Shown piece after piece: positions 1 through 9,396 of a stretch of 64,000 nt of DNA; position 1 is the stretch's first letter, and each line of letters starts with the position of its first letter. This DNA comes from an uncultured bacterium (GTDB lineage Bacteria > Krumholzibacteriota > Krumholzibacteriia > Krumholzibacteriales > Krumholzibacteriaceae): the NCBI GenBank assembly GCA_963813815.1, contig CAWFAD010000016.1, forward strand, positions 544,001 to 608,000. Direction: 5' to 3'. The notes under the pieces were generated by a model. It was not told where the DNA came from. It searched no databases and saw only the letters and a program-made list of their open reading frames with translations. Both the position numbers and the translations under genes were made by a program.

Positions 1-540
1 GGGGTGGAGGTTTCTCGTGCTCACGATCCGGGGCTCCGCGGGAGGGGCGGGGGCTGGGTGGAACATGCGCTCGTCCACTCCGAGGTACGCCTTGAGAACG
101 CTTCTGGCCCCGGCGCGCGCGGCGAGCCTCGAGAGCTCCTCGGCGTCGGTGATGACGAGATCGGCCCTCCGGAGCACCCGGCCGATCTGGAGGCGGTGGA
201 GAACCGAAGAGGGATAATCGACGAGGAGGTCCGAGCCGATGCTCGTCGCCGCGAACGGCCGGGCGCCGCAGAGCGAGGCGACGAGCCCGTAGCCGCCGAG
301 GTAGAGGGCGCTCACGATGTCGGGCTTGAAGCGTCGCGTCTCGGCTCGGATGGCGGGAAGGGCGGAGAGGTATCCCGCGAGCTTCGTCGGCGCGCGCGCC
401 TCGAGCCGGCGCGCCGGGGCGACGGAGCCGTCGACGCTTTCGAACGAGAGGAGCAGAACGTCGTGCCCGCGCTCGTGGAAGTACCCGCTCCACCGCCTCG
501 TGTGAACGAGGGAGCCGTCTCCGAACACCAGGATGCGCAT
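1..540 (-). CDS. Glycosyltransferase family 4 (GT-B), 3' end outside window
   Basis: Manual translation from ATG at 540: MRILVFGDGSLVHTRRWSGYFHERGHDVLLLS...FKPDIVSALY...SIGSDLL...RRADLVITDAEEL...YLGVDERMFHP; GT4 N-terminal pattern; absent from ORF track because truncated. Confidence 0.8.
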   Translation of the reverse strand, partial: MRILVFGDGSLVHTRRWSGYFHERGHDVLLLSFESVDGSVAPARRLEARAPTKLAGYLSALPAIRAETRRFKPDIVSALYLGGYGLVASLCGARPFAATSIGSDLLVDYPSSVLHRLQIGRVLRRADLVITDAEELSRLAARAGARSVLKAYLGVDERMFHPAPAPPAEPRIVSTRNLHP

Positions 541-746
541 GGCTCCGACTGTATCATAGGCCGCTCGACGATCGAAGCGCAATTCGCGCCGCCCCGCGGA
601 CGCGCCCCGCTCCCGCGGGGCACATATTTTCTTGCGGATTTCATGCGGCTCGTTCACAATCTCCCATGAGCGCAGCTTATCTACGAAACGTCGATTCTCG
701 TCCGCCCGCACTCCGTCGGGGTCGTTTTCATCGGGAGGCTCTTCGT

Positions 747-1763
747 ATGTCGCCCAGACTCGCTTCGCGCCCGCCGGCACTCGCGGCCGCGATCGCGCTC
801 GCCGCGATCGTCGCCGCGCCGGCCGGAACGCTCGCCGCGCGCGCCGCGGCGGATCGTCCGGTGCATACCTATTCGATCGTCGCCCGCGATTCGGTCACCG
901 GCGAGATGGGTGTGGCCGTGCAGTCGCACTGGTTCTCGGTCGGTCCGGTCGTGCCGTGGGCGCGCGCCGGGGTGGGCGCCGTCGCGACGCAGAGCCTCGT
1001 GCTCGTGTCGTACGGGCCGCTCGGGCTCGAGCTCATGGAGCAGGGGATGAGCGCGCGGGAGGCGCTCGAGAAGCTCGTCGAGGAGGATCCCCACGCCTCG
1101 GTCCGTCAGGTGGCGATGGTCGATCGGGACGGAAACGTCGCGGTCCATACCGGCGATTCGTGCATCGCCCACGCCTCGCACCGCGCGGGCGCCGGCTTTT
1201 CGGTGCAGGCGAACATGATGCTCACGGGCGGCGTTCCCGCCGCGATGGCCGGGGCGTTCGAGTCGGCCGAGGGGGATCTCGCCGAACGGATGCTCGCCTC
1301 GCTCGAGGCGGCCGAGCGCGAGGGGGGCGACATACGCGGACGGCAGTCGGCGGCGATCGTCGTCGTGCGTGCGGTTCCGAGCGACGAGCCGTGGTCGGAC
1401 GTCGTCATGGACCTCCGCGTCGAGGATCATCCGAGACCCGTCGAGGAGCTGCGCCGGCTCGTCCGGCTCGAGCGCGCGTACGAGTTCGAGAATCTCGGCG
1501 ACGAGGCGATGGCCGAGGGGGATCTCGCCGCGGCGATGGAGGCGTACGGAGAGGCCGCGAAGCTCGCCCCGGACAACCTCGAGCTCGCCTTCTGGCAAGG
1601 CGTTTCGCTCATCAACGTCGGACGCGACGCCGAGGGGATCGCGATCATCAAGCCCGTCGTCGAGCGCGACCCCAACTGGAAGGAGCTCCTCGGGCGCCTT
1701 CCGAGGAGCGGGCTCCTCCGCGTGGACGACGCCCGGCTCGGGAAGATTCTGTCGGCGCTCTGA
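747..1763 (+). CDS. DUF1028 (Ntn-hydrolase-like) protein with signal peptide and C-terminal TPR
   Basis: TYSIVARD..GVAVQSHW..VGPVVPWARAGVGAVATQS, QANMM, GGDIRGRQSAA, DLRVEDHPRP motifs; GGGAGG before ATG 747. Confidence 0.85.
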   Translation: MSPRLASRPPALAAAIALAAIVAAPAGTLAARAAADRPVHTYSIVARDSVTGEMGVAVQSHWFSVGPVVPWARAGVGAVATQSLVLVSYGPLGLELMEQGMSAREALEKLVEEDPHASVRQVAMVDRDGNVAVHTGDSCIAHASHRAGAGFSVQANMMLTGGVPAAMAGAFESAEGDLAERMLASLEAAEREGGDIRGRQSAAIVVVRAVPSDEPWSDVVMDLRVEDHPRPVEELRRLVRLERAYEFENLGDEAMAEGDLAAAMEAYGEAAKLAPDNLELAFWQGVSLINVGRDAEGIAIIKPVVERDPNWKELLGRLPRSGLLRVDDARLGKILSAL

Positions 1764-1817
1764 GGGTCCGCCCGCGAGGGGGCGCCTCGTGTTTAAACGA
1801 ATCGGCGGCGAAGCTGT

Positions 1818-2453
1818 ATGAATATGGCGGAGCAGACAACCGGCCTCGACGAGGCCGAGCTCGTGCGAAGGGGTCACGCGGGAGATCGCGAGGCGCTCCA
1901 GGAGCTCTTGAGGATGCACGAACGCGGGCTCTACGCGTTCGTGAACCGGTTCGTGGGCGGAGCCGCCGAGGCGGCGGACGTGTATCAGGACATCGTGCTG
2001 AGGGCGATCGAGAATATTCACCGGTACAATCCCAACCTGAGCTTTCGAACGTGGCTCTACACGCTCGCCGCCAATTACTGCAAGAACGTCCTGCGGTCGC
2101 GCGGGCAGCGCGGCAAGTTCCGCATGCCGGCTTTCAGGCGCTCCGGGCACGGCGACGAGATCGACGTGCTCGCGACCGCCCCGGACCCGGCCCCGGGACC
2201 CGATCGGGCGGCGGAGAGCTCCGAGTTTCTGCGCGCGCTCGAACGCGAGCTCATGAATCTGCCGGCGGCCCAGCGCGAGGTTTTCGTTCTGAGGGAATTC
2301 AACGGCGTTCCGTTCAGGGAGATATCCTCGATTCTCAAGATACCCGAGGCGACGGCGCGATCGCGGATGTATCTCGCCGTCGAGTATCTGCGCGTGCGGC
2401 TGCGCGCGTTTGCCGGGGCGGAGGCCGGACGGAAAGCGGAGGGAAGAGCGTGA
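1818..2453 (+). CDS. ECF RNA polymerase sigma-70 factor
   Basis: Region 2 (AADVYQD..FRTWLYTLAANYC) and region 4 (LPAAQREVFVLREFNGVPFREISSIL..ATARSRM). Confidence 0.92.
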   Translation: MNMAEQTTGLDEAELVRRGHAGDREALQELLRMHERGLYAFVNRFVGGAAEAADVYQDIVLRAIENIHRYNPNLSFRTWLYTLAANYCKNVLRSRGQRGKFRMPAFRRSGHGDEIDVLATAPDPAPGPDRAAESSEFLRALERELMNLPAAQREVFVLREFNGVPFREISSILKIPEATARSRMYLAVEYLRVRLRAFAGAEAGRKAEGRA

Positions 2454-3649
2454 CGGAACAGCGCGGCGACAAAGACCGCGGCGCGTCCGGCGTCCGGCCG
2501 GACGCCGGCGGCATCCATTCTCCCGAGTGCCCCGCGTGCCTCGAGACGCGCCACGAAATCATGATGGCCGTGTTTCACGAGGCGGAGGTCGTCGCCGGGT
2601 CCGTTTCGATCCATCTCGCCGAGTGCCCTTCCTGCCGCGAGTGGGAGGCGGATCTGCGGCGCATGCACTCGATCTGCGAATGCGCCGGCGAGGGCGCCGC
2701 TCCCGCCGGTCTCACCGAGGCGGCCCTCTCCGCGCCCGCGGCGGCGCCGGATGCCCGCGGGCTCCGGGCCTCGCCCGCTTCGCTTTCCCGGGATCGCGGC
2801 GCGCTCGCCGTGAGCCTCGTTTTCATCGTGCTCGCCAACGCGGGGCTCGCCGCGCTCCTCGAGGGGAGCGCGCGGGTTCTCTACCCCGCCGTCACGCTCG
2901 CCGCCATGCTCGTCGCCACCCTCTGGGTCTTTTTCGATTCGAGGGGGCGCGGCGCGCGGGGCGGCTTCTGGACGGCGCTGCAGCCCCTGACCGTGCCCGC
3001 CGGTCTCGTCGCCTATATCGTCTGCCGCGACCGGGAATCCATGCGCTGCCCGGAGTGCGGAGCCCTCTGCCACGCGCAGGACCGGCACTGCCGCCGATGC
3101 GGCAGGCGGCTGCAGGACGTTTGCTGCCGGTGCGGGAAGACCGTGCGGCGGGAGTTTCGGATCTGTCCGTGGTGCGGCACGCCGCTCGCCGAATGCTTCC
3201 TGCGCGACGGGAGCGCGGGCGCCTCGTGCGGCTGGACGGGCGCCCAGAAGGCGTTCGTCGCCGGCGCCAACGCGGCGCTCCTCGCGGCGTTGCTCGCCGT
3301 GCTTTTCGGGGGCGGCGATCCGGCATGGACGGCGGCCGCTTCGCTCTACCTCGCCGGGATGATTCCCGTTTTCAACTGGGCGGCGTTCGACGCTCGACGC
3401 CGCGCGATGGACACTATCGGATGGGGAATGCTCGCGCTGCTCGCGGGCTACGCCGGTCTCGTCGTCTATCTCGCGTGCCGTCAGCCGCTCGTGAGCCAGT
3501 GTCCGGTCTGCGGAAGCTTCCCGCCGTCGAGCTTCAGCTACTGCCCTTGCTGCGGATCGCTCATGAATCCTGCCTGCCCGAGGTGCGGCGCGGCGGGCGC
3601 CGGGAGCTACTGCGCCTCGTGCGGCGCGCCTCTCTCCGGCGGAGGATGA
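2450..3649 (+). CDS. Putative zinc anti-sigma factor with membrane segments and two double-zinc-ribbon modules
   Basis: GTGA overlap with sigma stop; HLAECPSC (HxxxCxxC ZAS motif); hydrophobic helices; 8 further CxxC pairs in two clusters. Confidence 0.75.
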   Translation: MTEQRGDKDRGASGVRPDAGGIHSPECPACLETRHEIMMAVFHEAEVVAGSVSIHLAECPSCREWEADLRRMHSICECAGEGAAPAGLTEAALSAPAAAPDARGLRASPASLSRDRGALAVSLVFIVLANAGLAALLEGSARVLYPAVTLAAMLVATLWVFFDSRGRGARGGFWTALQPLTVPAGLVAYIVCRDRESMRCPECGALCHAQDRHCRRCGRRLQDVCCRCGKTVRREFRICPWCGTPLAECFLRDGSAGASCGWTGAQKAFVAGANAALLAALLAVLFGGGDPAWTAAASLYLAGMIPVFNWAAFDARRRAMDTIGWGMLALLAGYAGLVVYLACRQPLVSQCPVCGSFPPSSFSYCPCCGSLMNPACPRCGAAGAGSYCASCGAPLSGGG

Positions 3650-3685
3650 TGCGGCCGCGTTTCCCTCGAGCGGCGCCGCGTCGCG

Positions 3686-4102
3686 TCAGCGCAGCTTTCT
3701 CCCCGCAGTGGCGGGGATGAGGCGGCCGTACTTGACGCCCTTCATCGACATGAGCTCGTCCGCGATCGCCCGCACCGCCGCGGGTTTCCCCCGAATCACC
3801 TTCGCCTCGAGGCAGTTGCCGCGGTCGAGATGGAGATGCAGCGTCGTGAGAATACCGCCGTGATGGCGGTGCTCCCGCGTGAGGAGCTGCGACGAAAGCT
3901 CGCGGCGGCGATGATCGTACACGATGACGAGAACGCCGATCACTTCCCCGCGCGCCGCGCCCCATTCATGCTCGACGAGCGCGCCGCGGACGAGATCGCG
4001 GATCGCCTCGCTGCGGTTGGGGTAGCCTTTGCGCCGCACGAGGGCGTCGAGTCCCGCCAGAAGCGAGCCGTCCATCGAGACGCCGAACCGCGTCGTTTTC
4101 AC
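3686..4102 (-). CDS. nikR: Nickel-responsive transcriptional regulator NikR
   Basis: RFGVSM..GYPNRSEAIRDL ribbon-helix-helix; YDH..EH..LHLHLD..CLE Ni site; GTG start overlapping upstream stop. Confidence 0.92.
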   Translation of the reverse strand: MKTTRFGVSMDGSLLAGLDALVRRKGYPNRSEAIRDLVRGALVEHEWGAARGEVIGVLVIVYDHRRRELSSQLLTREHRHHGGILTTLHLHLDRGNCLEAKVIRGKPAAVRAIADELMSMKGVKYGRLIPATAGRKLR

Positions 4103-5712
4103 CGCTGGTCCTCCTCCCGGTAGTGGGAATGCCGGAAATCCGCCGCGGCCGGCCCGTGCGGACGCAGATGCGCGTGCACGAGCCCGGCCCGCTCGAGGAG
4201 CGCCGTGTCCGCGAGCGCTGTCTCGACGGGACCGGCGAAGAGCGGGCGGCGGTCCGGCCCGAGAACGATCGCATGCTCGCCGATGTGTCTCGCGAGCAGG
4301 AGATCCTGCGTGGCCGTCACGATCGTCGTCCGGCGCGCGGCCAGCCCGGCGAGTATGTCGATGAGCATCCCCTCCGTCGCCGGATCGAGGCTCGCGGTCG
4401 GCTCGTCGAGAAGGAGCGCCTCGAGATCCATCGTGAGGACGGAAGCGAGCGCCACGCGCTTCTTTTCCCCGCCGCTCAACCGGTACGGATACCGCTCGGC
4501 GAGCCCCTCGATCCGGAGCGCGGCGAGCGCCGACTCGACGCGGCGGTTCACCTCCGCTTCGTCGAGCCCCATCTGGCGAGGTCCGAACGCGAGCTCCTCG
4601 CGAACGGTGGGGGAGAAGCACTGGACGTCGGGATCCTGGAAGACGAGCCCGATTTTGCCGCGGAACGACCGCCGCGAGGGCCCGCGGTCGAGAACGCGCT
4701 CCGTGACGGCCTCGCCGAAGGCCTTGACCGACCCCTTGCCGGGAAAGACGAGCCCGTCGAGAATTTTGAGGAGCGTCGATTTGCCGGAGCCGTTCGGTCC
4801 GAGGAGCACGGTGCAGCGGCCGCTGGGAATAATGAGCCGCTCGATCTCAAGGGCGGTATCGCCGCCCGGATACGCGTAGGACACACCCGAAAGCTCGAAC
4901 GCGGCGGTCCCGTCGTCAGGCGGCGTTTTTCCCCCGCCGTGGAGCGGGGCCTCGCCCCGGCGGCCGGCCGCCGGATCGAGCGTGTCGCGCGGGGGGCCGT
5001 TTCCCTCGGGGTCCCATCCCCGAGAGAGCATCGCGAGGTGCACGCCGTCGGCGAGGTCGAGCGATCTCACGAAGAGGAGCCCGGCGCTCCGGGAGACGAA
5101 GGCCGCCTCCCGCCGGAGCGGAAGCGGAGCGAGCGTTCTGCTCCGGCGCGCCATGAAGAGATCGGGCGCCGCGCGCACGAGGAGCAGCAGATACCGGTAG
5201 CAGAGCGAGAGGAGCGAGACGGCTGTTCCCGGCAGCCGCAGGGAGCGCAACGCCGAGAGGAGGGCGTGCCACGGCGTCGTGACGACGAGAAGAACGGCGA
5301 ACGAGACCGACGCCGAGACGCGCAGAACGAGCGTGAGCGCCGTCCGGGCGCCCTCGGCGGTCACCGCGAGCGGCCCGAGGGAGGCGACGCGCGTCCCCGG
5401 CGTGAGAAAGAGCGCCGGGACCGCGACGATGATCGTGAAAAGCGGAATGAACACCCAGATGCGGCGCGTGAAGGCGGCGACGCCGATGCGCGAGGCCGCG
5501 GCGAGCGCCGTCGCGGCGGCGTAGAGCGCCGCGAGCGCGGCGACGCTTCTCGCGAGCGAGCAGGCGACGATCATCCCCCCGGCGAGGACGACCTTGAGGC
5601 GCGCGTCGATCCGCTGGAGGAGGCCGTTCTCTCGCGCCCACCGCTCGTTCACGAACGCGCGCTCGAGGGCGGCCGAAAGGGCCGAGATATTTTTCTCAAG
5701 AAATGCGCCCAT
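4099..5712 (-). CDS. Fused ECF transporter T component (CbiQ/NikQ) and ATPase (CbiO/NikO)
   Basis: LQRIDAR..ARRSR..AMLSRG T-component motifs, then GPNGSGKS, LSGGEKKR, LLLDEPT in the same frame; His-rich tail. Confidence 0.85.
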   Translation of the reverse strand: MGAFLEKNISALSAALERAFVNERWARENGLLQRIDARLKVVLAGGMIVACSLARSVAALAALYAAATALAAASRIGVAAFTRRIWVFIPLFTIIVAVPALFLTPGTRVASLGPLAVTAEGARTALTLVLRVSASVSFAVLLVVTTPWHALLSALRSLRLPGTAVSLLSLCYRYLLLLVRAAPDLFMARRSRTLAPLPLRREAAFVSRSAGLLFVRSLDLADGVHLAMLSRGWDPEGNGPPRDTLDPAAGRRGEAPLHGGGKTPPDDGTAAFELSGVSYAYPGGDTALEIERLIIPSGRCTVLLGPNGSGKSTLLKILDGLVFPGKGSVKAFGEAVTERVLDRGPSRRSFRGKIGLVFQDPDVQCFSPTVREELAFGPRQMGLDEAEVNRRVESALAALRIEGLAERYPYRLSGGEKKRVALASVLTMDLEALLLDEPTASLDPATEGMLIDILAGLAARRTTIVTATQDLLLARHIGEHAIVLGPDRRPLFAGPVETALADTALLERAGLVHAHLRPHGPAAADFRHSHYREEDQR

Positions 5713-6013
5713 GTCTCGCGATCCGCGTGATGGCCCATGCGGCGAGCGCGGTCGCCCCGGCCCCGGCGAGCGCCGTGACGACGTAGGCGACGCCCTCCCG
5801 GCCGGCCCCTCCGTCGAGGCCGGGGACCGTGTAATCCTTGAACGGCGTCTCGGGGGCGGGAGAGGTTTCCGCCATGCCGCGCGGCGCGAATCCGACGCGC
5901 TCCCGCACTCCCTCGATATCCCACTCACCCCATGCTCCGCCCGCCGCGACGAGCCCGAGAGGAGCGAGCACGGCGAGGACCATGAGCGCCATCCAGCCGC
6001 GCCGGTATCTCAT
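5696..6013 (-). CDS. PDGLE-domain accessory subunit (NikN-like)
   Basis: LAPLGL..AWGEW..PFKDYTVPG plus two TM helices; lies between M and Q genes. Confidence 0.8.
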   Translation of the reverse strand: MRYRRGWMALMVLAVLAPLGLVAAGGAWGEWDIEGVRERVGFAPRGMAETSPAPETPFKDYTVPGLDGGAGREGVAYVVTALAGAGATALAAWAITRIARHGRIS

Positions 6014-6735
6014 GAGGCGCCTCCGCCGGCGGGCGCCGCCGGCTGCGGGGAGGACGTTCCCCGGGCGGCCTCGAAAAGCTCCGGATGATGGCGGCCGAGA
6101 AACGCGGCCACACCCCCCGTGATGGCCGCCTCGGCGGCCCCCGCGACGGTGAGGTGCGGAATCATCATCGCCGGCACGGTCACTCCGAGGGAAAAGGGGC
6201 AGAAGAGCGGCGTCCCGTCGGGAAGATGGTGGAGGAGCGGCTGCACGCCGAGCTCGAGCGCCGCGACGAGGGCCGCCGCGTTGATGCCCACGTAGCCGCC
6301 CGCGGCGGCGGCGATCGCGAATCGCCGCTCGGACGGCCGCGAGCCTCCCCGGAGCGCCCGGAACACCGCGTATCCCGCGAGCGGCATGATGCATCCCAGG
6401 TTCACGGCGTTCGCGCCGAGAGCGAGGATGCCGCCGTCGCCGAAGAAGAGGGCCTGGACGGCGAGCGCGATCGTCACCGCCGTGATCGCGGGCCACGGCC
6501 CGACGAGAATCGCGACGAGAACTCCGCCGGCCGCGTGCCCCGTCGTGCCTCCCGGGAGCGGGATGTTGAACATCATGATGAGAAACACGAAGGCCGCGAG
6601 CATCGCGACGAGGGGGGCGTGGCGCGATCCGAGGCGCTTCCTGATGGAGCGCAGCGAAGCCGCCCAGAGCGGCGCCGCGATCGCGTAGAGAGCCCCCGCC
6701 GTTTGCGGGGAGAGGTAGCCGTCGGGTATGTGCAC
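6010..6735 (-). CDS. Ni/Co ECF transporter S component (NikM/CbiM)
   Basis: N-terminal MHIPDGYL metal-binding motif (GTG start), PGGTTGH, QALFFGDGG. Confidence 0.9.
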   Translation of the reverse strand: MHIPDGYLSPQTAGALYAIAAPLWAASLRSIRKRLGSRHAPLVAMLAAFVFLIMMFNIPLPGGTTGHAAGGVLVAILVGPWPAITAVTIALAVQALFFGDGGILALGANAVNLGCIMPLAGYAVFRALRGGSRPSERRFAIAAAAGGYVGINAAALVAALELGVQPLLHHLPDGTPLFCPFSLGVTVPAMMIPHLTVAGAAEAAITGGVAAFLGRHHPELFEAARGTSSPQPAAPAGGGAS

Positions 6736-6754
6736 CGGCGCTCCTTTCCGGATC

Positions 6755-6782
6755 GTGCCATCATTTTGAAGAATCGTAGCAC
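6755..6782. promoter_or_regulatory. Putative NikR operator GTGCCA-N16-TAGCAC
   Basis: Imperfect 6-16-6 dyad between promoter and RBS of nikM; same geometry as known NikR operators. Confidence 0.65.
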
Positions 6783-6783
6783 A

Positions 6784-6813
6784 ATTATGGGGCCCGCCGC
6801 CGCGCTTCGTCAA
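6784..6813 (-). promoter_or_regulatory. Sigma70-like promoter of nik operon (TTGACG-N18-CATAAT)
   Basis: Hexamers read on minus strand at 6808-6813 and 6784-6789. Confidence 0.55.
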
Positions 6814-6906
6814 ACGGTTTCTTCGCCGCGTCCCGCCGTGATATACTGCCGCTCGCGCGGCCGGCGGCCGGAGGGCGGAGTGGCCGGCGCGGGGGGGCGA
6901 TGCACG

Positions 6907-7611
6907 GTGGGCGATCGGCGATTCAAGAGAATTTACGAGCGGCTGCTCCGCGCCTACGGGCCGCGGCGATGGTGGCCCGTGACGCCCACGGGGGAGACGA
7001 TCCCCCGCTATACGGGAGGCCCGCGGAGCGAGCGCCAGCGTTTCGAGGTGGCGGTCGGCGCCGTGCTCACGCAAAACACGGCGTGGACGAACGCCGCGCG
7101 GGCGATCATTCACCTCAACCGCGTCGATGCGATGAGCCCCGCCGCGATCGCCGGCATGGACGAGAGCGATCTCGCGGGCGCGATCCGTCCCGCGGGGTAT
7201 TACAACCAGAAAGCGAAACGGCTCAAGATTCTCGCCGAATATTTTCTCTCGAAGCGGAGGCGCTCCCGCGCCTCGCTCCTCGCGCTCAACGGCGTCGGAC
7301 CCGAGACGGCCGATTCGATCTTGCTGTACGCCTGGAACAGGCCCGTTTTCGTCATCGACGCCTACACGCGCCGGATGTTCGGGCGTCTCGGCCTTCTTCG
7401 GGAAAATGCCTCCTATGACGAAGCGCAGGCGGCGTTCCAGGGGAATTTGCCCCACTTTCCCGCTCTGTACCGGGAATACCACGCGCTCATCGTCGAGCAC
7501 GGGAAACGCTGCTGCAAAAAGGCACCCGCGTGCAAAAAATGTCTTTTGCAAACGAATTGCGCCGTGTATCTTGGAAAAAAGGAGAAAACTATATGCGCGG
7601 AAAGCGGTTAG
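6907..7611 (+). CDS. Endonuclease III-like HhH-GPD DNA glycosylase with 4Fe-4S motif
   Basis: GAVLTQNTAW, IRPAGYYNQKA, LNGVGPETADSI, FVIDAYTRR, C-x6-C-x2-C-x5-C; start uncertain (6880 or 6907). Confidence 0.85.
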   Translation: MGDRRFKRIYERLLRAYGPRRWWPVTPTGETIPRYTGGPRSERQRFEVAVGAVLTQNTAWTNAARAIIHLNRVDAMSPAAIAGMDESDLAGAIRPAGYYNQKAKRLKILAEYFLSKRRRSRASLLALNGVGPETADSILLYAWNRPVFVIDAYTRRMFGRLGLLRENASYDEAQAAFQGNLPHFPALYREYHALIVEHGKRCCKKAPACKKCLLQTNCAVYLGKKEKTICAESG

Positions 7612-7751
7612 TTTGTTCAGGACGGTTCGCAAAATTCCCTGCCGGTGACTCCGCGCTTTATGGTACAATATAAAGTGAAACGTTTCCTGTTTGCAGGGAC
7701 AACTCGCGGCTCTACTAGGGGAATTGCAGCTTTTTCTAGGGGGAAAGGCGA

Positions 7752-8168
7752 ATGATTTCATTCGAAGCGACCATTCAAAAGCTTCGCAGCGAAGGGTTCA
7801 AGCTGACGCCGCAGCGGCTCGCGGTCATCAGGTACATGCTGGGCAACAAGGAACACCCGTCCGCCCTCAAGATACACAAGGAGTTGCGTCGGAAGTATCC
7901 GACCCTTTCCTTTTCGACCGTTTACAACACCCTCGGCACGCTCGAAAAGATCGGCGAGGTTCAGTCGCTCCACATCTTCGACGATTTCCTCAACTACGAG
8001 CCCAACACGGACCCGCATCTCCACTTCCTGTGCCAAAAGTGCGGCGCCATTCACGATGTCTTCACCGAAGCGCACGTTGGGTTCCCCTTGCCGCTCGGCG
8101 ACATCGACGGGCACGAGGTCACCAAGTGCAGTGTCGTTCTCGGCGGCGTTTGCAAGTTCTGCAGATAG
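7752..8168 (+). CDS. perR: Fur-family regulator, PerR-like
   Basis: KLTPQR, HPSA, STVYNTL, HLHFLCQKCG, GVCKFC; heads oxidative-stress genes. Confidence 0.8.
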   Translation: MISFEATIQKLRSEGFKLTPQRLAVIRYMLGNKEHPSALKIHKELRRKYPTLSFSTVYNTLGTLEKIGEVQSLHIFDDFLNYEPNTDPHLHFLCQKCGAIHDVFTEAHVGFPLPLGDIDGHEVTKCSVVLGGVCKFCR

Positions 8169-8188
8169 ATCGATAGGGAGGAGAAGGC

Positions 8189-8809
8189 TTGATCGCACAG
8201 AGCTGGAAGTGCTCCTCGTGCGGGTTCGTCGCCATCGGCTTGTTTCCGCCGGAATCCTGCCCCAAGTGCCATGCGGCCCGGGACGCCTTCATCACGGAGC
8301 ACGAGTTTCTTTTCCCGAAGGAGGAGACCTCCGCCGTCATCAAGGCGTGCTGGAAGGTGAGCTACGGCCTCTATATCGTCACCTCCGTGCAGGGCGAACG
8401 CATGAACGGCCAGGTCTGCAACACGCTCTTCCAGATCACGAGCGATCCGCCGCGTTTCGCGATCGGCATCAATCACCGCAATCTGACGCACGAGTTCATC
8501 GCGGGGAGCGAGGTTTTCGCCGCATCCATCCTCGGCGCCGGCGACCATCGCCTCGTCCGCCGCTTCGGCTACCGCTCGGGACGCGACTTCGACAAGCTGA
8601 AAGGCGTGGCGGCGCGGCTCGGGAGAACGGGATGTCCGGTCCTCGAGGAGTCGATCGGCTTCGTCGAGTGCAAGGTGCTCCCCGACAAGACGATCGACGC
8701 GGGAACGCACAGCATCTTCGTTGGCGAGGTCGTCGGCGGCGGCATCCTCAAGGACGGCGAGCCGATGACGTACGCCCACTATCACGCCACCAAGGATTCC
8801 GCTCAATAA
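8189..8809 (+). CDS. Rubredoxin-like domain fused to flavin reductase domain
   Basis: WKCSSCG..PESCPKC then SYGLYIVTS, QITSDPP, FGYRSGRDFDK, GTHSIFVGEV. Confidence 0.85.
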   Translation: MIAQSWKCSSCGFVAIGLFPPESCPKCHAARDAFITEHEFLFPKEETSAVIKACWKVSYGLYIVTSVQGERMNGQVCNTLFQITSDPPRFAIGINHRNLTHEFIAGSEVFAASILGAGDHRLVRRFGYRSGRDFDKLKGVAARLGRTGCPVLEESIGFVECKVLPDKTIDAGTHSIFVGEVVGGGILKDGEPMTYAHYHATKDSAQ

Positions 8810-8846
8810 TTTCGAGAGATATTTCGCCCCAGCGAAAGGAGCTCGA

Positions 8847-9341
8847 ATGACGACGGAGCAGAATGAAAACTTCATGGGGGTGCTCGCGGGCGCGATCTGC
8901 AGGGAGATCGGCGCGCGGGACTTCTACCGCCGCATCTCGGCCGAGATCAAGAACCGCGAGGGGAAGGACCGATTCAAAAGGCTCTCGGGGGACGAGGAGG
9001 GCCACCGCAAGAAGCTCGAGTCGTGGTACGAGAAGCTCTTCGGCAAACGGTTCGCGTCCGATCCGAAGATGCTCGAGGCCGCCGAGATCACGGGCGTCAA
9101 GGTGAGCAAGCAAACGGGCGCCATGGCGGCGCTCGATCTCGCCATCAAGGCGGAGGCCGCGGCCGAGGAGTTTTACGCGAAGCAGGCGGAGGCCGTTTCC
9201 GCGCCGGCGCTGAAGGATCTCTTCACGAAGCTGTCCGCCGAGGAGCACGGCCACTACGAGCTGCTCACGGCGGAGCGGAACGAGCTCGCCGGCGGCTTCT
9301 ACTGGTTCGACATGGATTCGACGTCGTTTCTCGAGGATTGA
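8847..9341 (+). CDS. Ferritin-like (rubrerythrin diiron) protein
   Basis: Two E..ExxH units (REIGA..DEEGH; AEAAA..EEHGH); no rubredoxin domain. Confidence 0.82.
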   Translation: MTTEQNENFMGVLAGAICREIGARDFYRRISAEIKNREGKDRFKRLSGDEEGHRKKLESWYEKLFGKRFASDPKMLEAAEITGVKVSKQTGAMAALDLAIKAEAAAEEFYAKQAEAVSAPALKDLFTKLSAEEHGHYELLTAERNELAGGFYWFDMDSTSFLED

Positions 9342-9396
9342 GGGGCGGCGGCGGCCGCGCGGCCCCGGCGGGCCGGCCCCGTTCGAGGAGGATCGC

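Noticed and set aside
632..3649. 1005-aa ORF, and similar over-extended ORFs 17626-20526, 22981-26370, 58604-60859
   Set aside because: Only the C-terminal parts are real genes; the N-terminal parts are Arg/Gly-rich off-frame reads of neighbours.
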